Part shown: positions 58,403 to 64,000 of the stretch, one piece after another
How positions within the stretch are numbered: position 1 is the first letter of the stretch
Layout of the letters: each line of letters begins with the position of its first letter
Source: an uncultured Candidatus Saccharibacteria bacterium
GTDB lineage: Bacteria; Patescibacteriota; Saccharimonadia; Saccharimonadales; CAZICT01
Assembly (NCBI GenBank): GCA_964537935.1
Contig: CAZICT010000001.1
Span: forward strand, 200,228-264,227
Direction of reading: 5' to 3'
Length of the DNA stretch: 64,000 bases
Notes under the pieces: model-generated
The model's input: only the letters and a program-made list of their open reading frames with translations
What the model was told of the DNA's origin: nothing
Databases searched by the model: none
Program-made: the position numbers and the translations under genes

Positions 58403-58469
58403 TGACTACACTATAACATTCAGTATGCAGTATTATTATGGCTGGAAAATCGTTTTAACTTAAAGTTAT

Positions 58470-59129
58470 TTATTTTTTTGTTTCTTGCTTGTAGATTTGA
58501 TATGAATAAACCATCGAAATAATTAATACGAGAACGGCTCCGCCAATCAAAACAACTACGCCAATCACAGGCTTTATTATTCCTAAGAGAGTAAGTAGAC
58601 CCAAACCAAGAAACAGCTTAGCGCCCAGCGAATGAGTTTTATCCCAAGATGTTTCATTTGCCAGTGTCCAAGGTGTGCGAATTCCAATAGTGTAATTTTG
58701 CTTAGCAACCGCGATGAGTCGCGACAAGACTATAAAAAGAACACCTATGGCGCCAATTAGCGGTTTGCCAAAATTGAATTCTCCCACACCGTTCCACCAC
58801 AACGACAAGACATAAAGATACAGAAAGAAACCTTCGAAAATAGCAATGAACCAAAACCACTGCTTGCTAAAGCGCTCTATGTTTTTTCGATTAGGATCGA
58901 TATACGGTAAAAACACCAACAGCAGATACGTACCGAGCATGACCAGCGGCAAGCCCCATACACCGACAAACTTACCTGAATAACCATCGGCTACCCCGCT
59001 GCTATTCCAGTGCGTTGCCATTTGCTCCGGCATCTGGCTGTATGTTGCCGCTCCCACTAGAAAGGCTACGACAACGAAAGCCAAACCGACACGTGCAACG
59101 TTATTCTTTAAAACTTCCCGCGGTTTCAT
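58470..59129 (-). CDS. SdpI/DUF1648 membrane protein
   Basis: MPEQMATHWN..G.ADGY, NYTIGIRTPWTL..E.SW.KTH. Confidence 0.88.
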   Translation of the reverse strand: MKPREVLKNNVARVGLAFVVVAFLVGAATYSQMPEQMATHWNSSGVADGYSGKFVGVWGLPLVMLGTYLLLVFLPYIDPNRKNIERFSKQWFWFIAIFEGFFLYLYVLSLWWNGVGEFNFGKPLIGAIGVLFIVLSRLIAVAKQNYTIGIRTPWTLANETSWDKTHSLGAKLFLGLGLLTLLGIIKPVIGVVVLIGGAVLVLIISMVYSYQIYKQETKK

Positions 59130-59147
59130 ACCTTTATCGTACCATTA

Positions 59148-59777
59148 CTAGACAGTTAGGTTAAATGGCTCGCCGTTTACTGGCTTATAGAACACAATCC
59201 CCTCTTTCTGAAAAGCGTTATCGATTTTTTCATACATCTGTTGACGAGCCGCATCGCTCCACTGCCCGTCATGAATTGGAATTACATATTTCGGCCTAAG
59301 TTCGATTGCTCGATTTAACGCCTGAACAGTAGATCCCCATGGAGCAGTCACCGGCAAAGCTAGAATGGAGCGTGTTTCTTCAAAATGAGTACTGTCTCCA
59401 GGATGAGTCAACATGTCTAGATAATGAACGCCTATGTTCTCGGGCGTCTGACCGAGCGGCTCAATATGCTCATGCGGCGCATTAAACAATTCTATTCCCT
59501 CTACCGCATCCGGCACGGCATTTAACCCTTCTGCCTTCAATAACTCGGTCGCTGCGGCTGTAGTTTTGATGCGCACTGACGGAAATTTCTCTTGGAGTGC
59601 TTTGAGCGTCGGAATATGCATGTGATCGCCATGTTCATGCGTAATAATAATGTCATCAAGCCATTTTAGCGATGCGACATTAATCATGCTCTCACTCCAA
59701 GACCCCGGATCAAACAGCGCCGTACGGGTCGGCATCTCAACTAGCAAACATGAATGAGCAAGTTTAGTAATTTTCAT
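59148..59777 (-). CDS. MBL-fold metallo-hydrolase
   Basis: HSCL, FDPG, THEHGDH, HPGDS, IPIHD. Confidence 0.9.
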   Translation of the reverse strand: MKITKLAHSCLLVEMPTRTALFDPGSWSESMINVASLKWLDDIIITHEHGDHMHIPTLKALQEKFPSVRIKTTAAATELLKAEGLNAVPDAVEGIELFNAPHEHIEPLGQTPENIGVHYLDMLTHPGDSTHFEETRSILALPVTAPWGSTVQALNRAIELRPKYVIPIHDGQWSDAARQQMYEKIDNAFQKEGIVFYKPVNGEPFNLTV

Positions 59778-59850
59778 CTAATACCTCCTCTTATTCTTTA
59801 TATACACTTTTGGATACGGGTTCTGTAAATAAGACTATTGCGATAAGATA

Positions 59851-60387
59851 CTATGCTATTAATGCGCGGCTTACAGTTTGTCCGAGTACGTCTATGACTT
59901 TATCGCAGTCCTCGGTTGTCATTGGCTTTTCATACATTTTTCTGTCAGTCGTGACTGTTTCGTACGGATTCCCTAGCTCATCAGTTTCTATGGTTGAATT
60001 GCCAATGACAAGGAAAACTTCTTTCTTTGCTTCGAGCAACTCTTGACCGCTTGCTTCAAACCTGTAACAAACTCTTTTGTTAGAATGGCGTTCTTCTGAC
60101 ATGAATGTTCGCACACCTAGCGTCATTCGCCAGCAATCTGGCACACGATAATGTGTAAGTGCTACTGCAACAAACCGATCTATATAACCTTCTGCAAATT
60201 CGTCCATTGGCCGGAAGTAAAATGCATACCGCATGCTATCAGAATCGGACGATATATCTATTCGAGGTGCTCGTGCGGCGAGTAATAACGCAGTGGCTGC
60301 TAATTGTCTGATTGGTTCTATATTTTCTAAGCCAACTTGTACTTCCCCAAAAGCCACGGCCGGCCCTACTCGTTGGAACTCTTCCAT
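59851..60387 (-). CDS. Hypothetical protein
   Basis: 178-aa ORF filling the gap. Confidence 0.55.
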   Translation of the reverse strand: MEEFQRVGPAVAFGEVQVGLENIEPIRQLAATALLLAARAPRIDISSDSDSMRYAFYFRPMDEFAEGYIDRFVAVALTHYRVPDCWRMTLGVRTFMSEERHSNKRVCYRFEASGQELLEAKKEVFLVIGNSTIETDELGNPYETVTTDRKMYEKPMTTEDCDKVIDVLGQTVSRALIA

Positions 60388-60406
60388 TCTTTTATGCTAC
60401 TACGTT

Positions 60407-63400
60407 TTATGTTTCGTCGGCGCGATTTGTGATGAAGAAATATAGTGCAGCCAGCGCAAGCAGGATTAGAATCCACCAGTACCACACAAGCCCTAGGAAC
60501 GTACCGCCAGAGCCCTCCTCACTTGCAGCTTCGTTGCTATCGGTGTCTGCCAGTGTCTGCGGCTCGTCAGATTCGCTCTGTTCAGTCCCGTCGTTATTTT
60601 CACTGCTGGTTTCTTCGCCTGAATTTTGATCATTTGCTTCACCACCCTGAGCTATACGGTTTGTCGCTACCGCAAAGTTAGTAAAGCCTTGATTTTCTCC
60701 ACTGCCAATACCGCCATCATTGTGGTTTTGATTGGAGTTATTGTTCTGGTTATCGGTGTTAGCTCCCAGTGTTTCGCCATCTTCTATCTCCGTTACAGTG
60801 AAGTTTTGCGATGGCACAGGGTTGGTCGTATTACCGGCCGCATCGGTGCTCGTTGCGGTTACCGTGTGACTGCCAACGATTAACGGATTAGTAACCTGAG
60901 CACTCCACGTACCATCGGGGTTAACAGTAGCTACGTAGTCTGTATCGTCTACGTTAACTATTACCGGCAGCGACGGATCGCTTGTGGTACCAGTAATTAA
61001 CGGCCTTGTCGCCGGCGAATTTGCCAACGGATTGATAGTCAGCACTGGTGCTGTATTATCGAAAATTGTATTTGCCATTACAGCTTCAGTATTGGAATCG
61101 GCATAGGTAGTCCCGACTTTGTCGTTAGCACGAGCTACTACCCTATATTCCTGTCCGTCTACAAACCAGGCTTCAGTGGTATCAACGTCAATTACCCAGT
61201 TTCCTGTTCCGTCAACCGGCACTACGTATGTCTTTACTACAGAACCAACTGTACCGCTAACAACAGGGCGGAACGACAGACGGATATTCTCATCGGCTGT
61301 CGTATTGAGGTTATTACCTCTTAATCCACTGCCGGTATCTGCTGCCGTGCCAGAGAAAGTGACCACCCCACCTACGAATGGAGCGACCGCATTCATCGTT
61401 ATCATTGGTGCAGTAGAGTCAATTTGTACATCGTTGTAATCATATTTCCAGTTGCCAGCTTGATCAAAGGCTTGAATTTTCAAGCGATAATATCCATCAT
61501 TCAATCCTGTAACATCAAAAGTCCATTCATTAGTTGCATTGTCATAGGTTGCGATACCGTCTGTAACATTCGCGACATAGTTACCGCTGATTGCGCTCAC
61601 TTCAGTTACGGTATATTCAACCCTGTTAATTTCTGATTGATTGTCTGATGCGGTACCTTCAACAGTAAAGCCGTTAGTGTTTAATAAGCTACCGTGAGTC
61701 GGCGTGACTACATTCGCACTCGGTTTAGTGTTATCGACAAAGACATTATTTACTTGAGTATTGCCATTGTTGCCTGCGACGTCACGAGCGTTAAAGCGAA
61801 TACTGTACTCGCCATCCGGTACGTCGGTGGTTGGTACTAATGCCTCCCATAACCCGGTGCTGGTGTTGTAGGTCATGGCGTACCAACCGGGTCCGGCAGG
61901 ACCGCTCGTGTTACGGAATCGAGTACGTACACGGTCAAGTTCGTTTGCATCGGTTATCTCGGCGGTCACTAGGTAGTCCCCACCGATAACTTCACCTACT
62001 GTCGGCGTCTGTGGAACGATATTCGGGTTAGTGTTATCGACTGTGATATTTGTGGACTTTAACTCGCTCACATTGCCGGCCGCATCGCGTCCCCAAACGG
62101 CAAATTGATACGTGCTCGTCTCAGGCTGACCGAGTGAATTCCAATCAAAGTTAACGTTATATTCTGTCGTTCCGGAAGGAACATCGGTCCAACCGGCGTT
62201 AGATGGGTTAGCACAGCTTCCCGCAAGAGAAGGAGCGCCTGCCTTACTTCTGATTAGCACGCAGTATGCACTTACATTTTCATCTGTAATGGTAGCCGTA
62301 ACTCTAACTGTACCACTTACATAATCACCTGTTGTTGGTTCAATATCTCTAACTTTTGGCTTGGTATTATCAACAAAGAATATAAAATCGCCACCGTTAG
62401 CTTTATTACCTTCCGTGTCCCAGCCACGCACGCCTAACTCATAACGCCCTTCCGGCAGAGTTTTAAGACCGGTCAGGACCTCTTCAGTTTCTTCAGTCAG
62501 TTCATCATATGCACCATCGTTAGCAGGTACATACGTCCATCCGCGTACGGCAGTTAAGCGCTTGCCTTCTGCATTAAGTGGCCAAACTGCATATTTAACT
62601 TCCTTTATATTGGATTTCGAATCGCTTATGGACCCTGTGAGGGTTGGGTCTTGATCATTTGAGCCAATATACAAGTCAGATAACTGATATCCAGACATTA
62701 CAGGGGCAACCGAATCACAACCTCCTGTAGTTGTTAATTCGTTTGAAGGTGCTGGAGCACAAAGCCAAGGCGAATAATTAACATTGGTGCCGACACTGGA
62801 ACCAGCTCCGCTGCCTTCTCCACTTGGTCCTGACTCGTTACCCCACCAGTTTTCAGTCGCATCAATAGAAGCGGTGCCTGTATTATCAACACCAGCTATA
62901 GCATTGGTAATATTGTTTTGTCGAAGCGCAATTGAACCTGCTCCCCCGCCTGGGTATACCTTAAATGCGGGACCATTGATATTTGTAAAGTTGCTTCCGG
63001 TTATATGTACATTCGTCAAATTATCAAGAAGCCCAAAGCCTTCTAGTGATGCGTTATTTATAGTTGCACCAACTACTGTTGCCTTGTTTGACTGTAAGCT
63101 AATGCCAACCACTGTGTTATTGGTGGTTATGTTTTCCAAGGTCGTATCCTCAGCTACTCCACCGCTTGTCTGAACTCCTGTTAAAACATCGTTTATCGTA
63201 ACGTTTTTAACCGTTGAACCAGCGCCCCAAACAGTAATTCCGACTACGCCCGAACCACTTCCAGGACCATTGATAGTAAAGCCATCTATCACGACATTTT
63301 GTGATTGATTTGTATCTACGATTCGTTTGCGGCCAGTAGTGAATATTGACGCATTGGGCTCAATGATGGCTCCACTTGGAGCTACCAAGTTTATACCGTC

Positions 63401-64000
63401 ATCTTTAAACATTACCCTCTCATTATATGTACCTGGCGAAACTTCTATTGTGTGTCCGCTTACAGTATCCGAATCATCCAAGGCTGCTTGGATTGTGCTA
63501 AACCCTTCAAAAGTATCCAAATTATGGACTAAGGGAATAATGTCAACAAAGGCTATGCCAGGAGTAGCCGACTCATTGATGGTATATGGAGAAAGAACAT
63601 CCGTATGCGTACCTTTGTTATCTACTACTGTAATAACTGCCTTTGTCGGCTCATCGTCGTTTGTCCATATGCGCTTAGTAAAGCTCCACCACCCGTCAGT
63701 TTCAGTATTGCTTGGAATATAAAATGGTGATGTTACTGATGCATCTGCGTCGACATCATTATTAAAGTGATCGAGTGTTGCAGCCAACGCCTCATTGGTT
63801 GATAGCAGCCTATCGTCTTTGAAAAGTTCAACTTTTATGCTTTGTATGTTGTCATAATCTTTTACGTTAAAGCCAACATTAAATCCGTCGTCTTGCATCG
63901 CAAAATGTTCGCCGGTTACTACTGTTGGTACGGTCTCAACTGTAATGCTTTGTGTTTCAGTCCAGCTTTGCGTATTGTCTTCGCCATTAGTAAGAGTGAC
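60407..64000 (-). CDS. Large surface protein (beta-helix plus Ig-like repeats, C-terminal TM anchor); 5' end beyond window
   Basis: Frame open to 64000; STIQAALDD..PGTYNE, DATENWWG, repeated DxAGN...VDNTxP Ig-like units, WYWWILILLAL anchor. Confidence 0.85.
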   Translation of the reverse strand, partial: VTLTNGEDNTQSWTETQSITVETVPTVVTGEHFAMQDDGFNVGFNVKDYDNIQSIKVELFKDDRLLSTNEALAATLDHFNNDVDADASVTSPFYIPSNTETDGWWSFTKRIWTNDDEPTKAVITVVDNKGTHTDVLSPYTINESATPGIAFVDIIPLVHNLDTFEGFSTIQAALDDSDTVSGHTIEVSPGTYNERVMFKDDGINLVAPSGAIIEPNASIFTTGRKRIVDTNQSQNVVIDGFTINGPGSGSGVVGITVWGAGSTVKNVTINDVLTGVQTSGGVAEDTTLENITTNNTVVGISLQSNKATVVGATINNASLEGFGLLDNLTNVHITGSNFTNINGPAFKVYPGGGAGSIALRQNNITNAIAGVDNTGTASIDATENWWGNESGPSGEGSGAGSSVGTNVNYSPWLCAPAPSNELTTTGGCDSVAPVMSGYQLSDLYIGSNDQDPTLTGSISDSKSNIKEVKYAVWPLNAEGKRLTAVRGWTYVPANDGAYDELTEETEEVLTGLKTLPEGRYELGVRGWDTEGNKANGGDFIFFVDNTKPKVRDIEPTTGDYVSGTVRVTATITDENVSAYCVLIRSKAGAPSLAGSCANPSNAGWTDVPSGTTEYNVNFDWNSLGQPETSTYQFAVWGRDAAGNVSELKSTNITVDNTNPNIVPQTPTVGEVIGGDYLVTAEITDANELDRVRTRFRNTSGPAGPGWYAMTYNTSTGLWEALVPTTDVPDGEYSIRFNARDVAGNNGNTQVNNVFVDNTKPSANVVTPTHGSLLNTNGFTVEGTASDNQSEINRVEYTVTEVSAISGNYVANVTDGIATYDNATNEWTFDVTGLNDGYYRLKIQAFDQAGNWKYDYNDVQIDSTAPMITMNAVAPFVGGVVTFSGTAADTGSGLRGNNLNTTADENIRLSFRPVVSGTVGSVVKTYVVPVDGTGNWVIDVDTTEAWFVDGQEYRVVARANDKVGTTYADSNTEAVMANTIFDNTAPVLTINPLANSPATRPLITGTTSDPSLPVIVNVDDTDYVATVNPDGTWSAQVTNPLIVGSHTVTATSTDAAGNTTNPVPSQNFTVTEIEDGETLGANTDNQNNNSNQNHNDGGIGSGENQGFTNFAVATNRIAQGGEANDQNSGEETSSENNDGTEQSESDEPQTLADTDSNEAASEEGSGGTFLGLVWYWWILILLALAALYFFITNRADET

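Overview
Chromosomal segment of a small-genome bacterium, most likely Patescibacteria (Saccharibacteria/TM7-like). This is inferred from the gene set: a CPR-type VirD4/HerA-like ATPase, DUF3048, a PEGA protein, a sigma70-region-4/HARE-HTH protein, a reduced dcw cluster and few Shine-Dalgarno sites. The genetic code is standard (code 11). The window carries housekeeping genes (dut, rlmH, pyrH, xth, gltX, der, pth, dprA, topA, mraZ-rsmH-ftsL-ftsI-mraY-ftsW-murG-ftsQ), two PAS histidine kinase/receiver pairs, three intact tRNAs (Ser-GGA, Leu-CAA, Glu-CTC) and a dif-like site where gene orientation converges (~41.85 kb). The most unusual signals are non-coding. (1) A three-gene umuDC-type operon has a UmuD lacking both catalytic residues and a ~270-nt leader with three nested anti-RBS/anti-start segments (candidate RNA switch). 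(2) A ~330-nt multibranched, pseudoknotted ncRNA with its own sigma70 promoter and terminator lies divergent from dprA. (3) A nested, opposite-strand pair of hammerhead-ribozyme-like motifs lies after gltX. (4) A split tRNA-Ser half, REP-like hairpins, a GIY-YIG nuclease and an intact tRNA-Ser form one cassette. (5) A 23-bp long-range stem sits between mraZ and rsmH. All structure calls were made by eye; no folding or database search was run.
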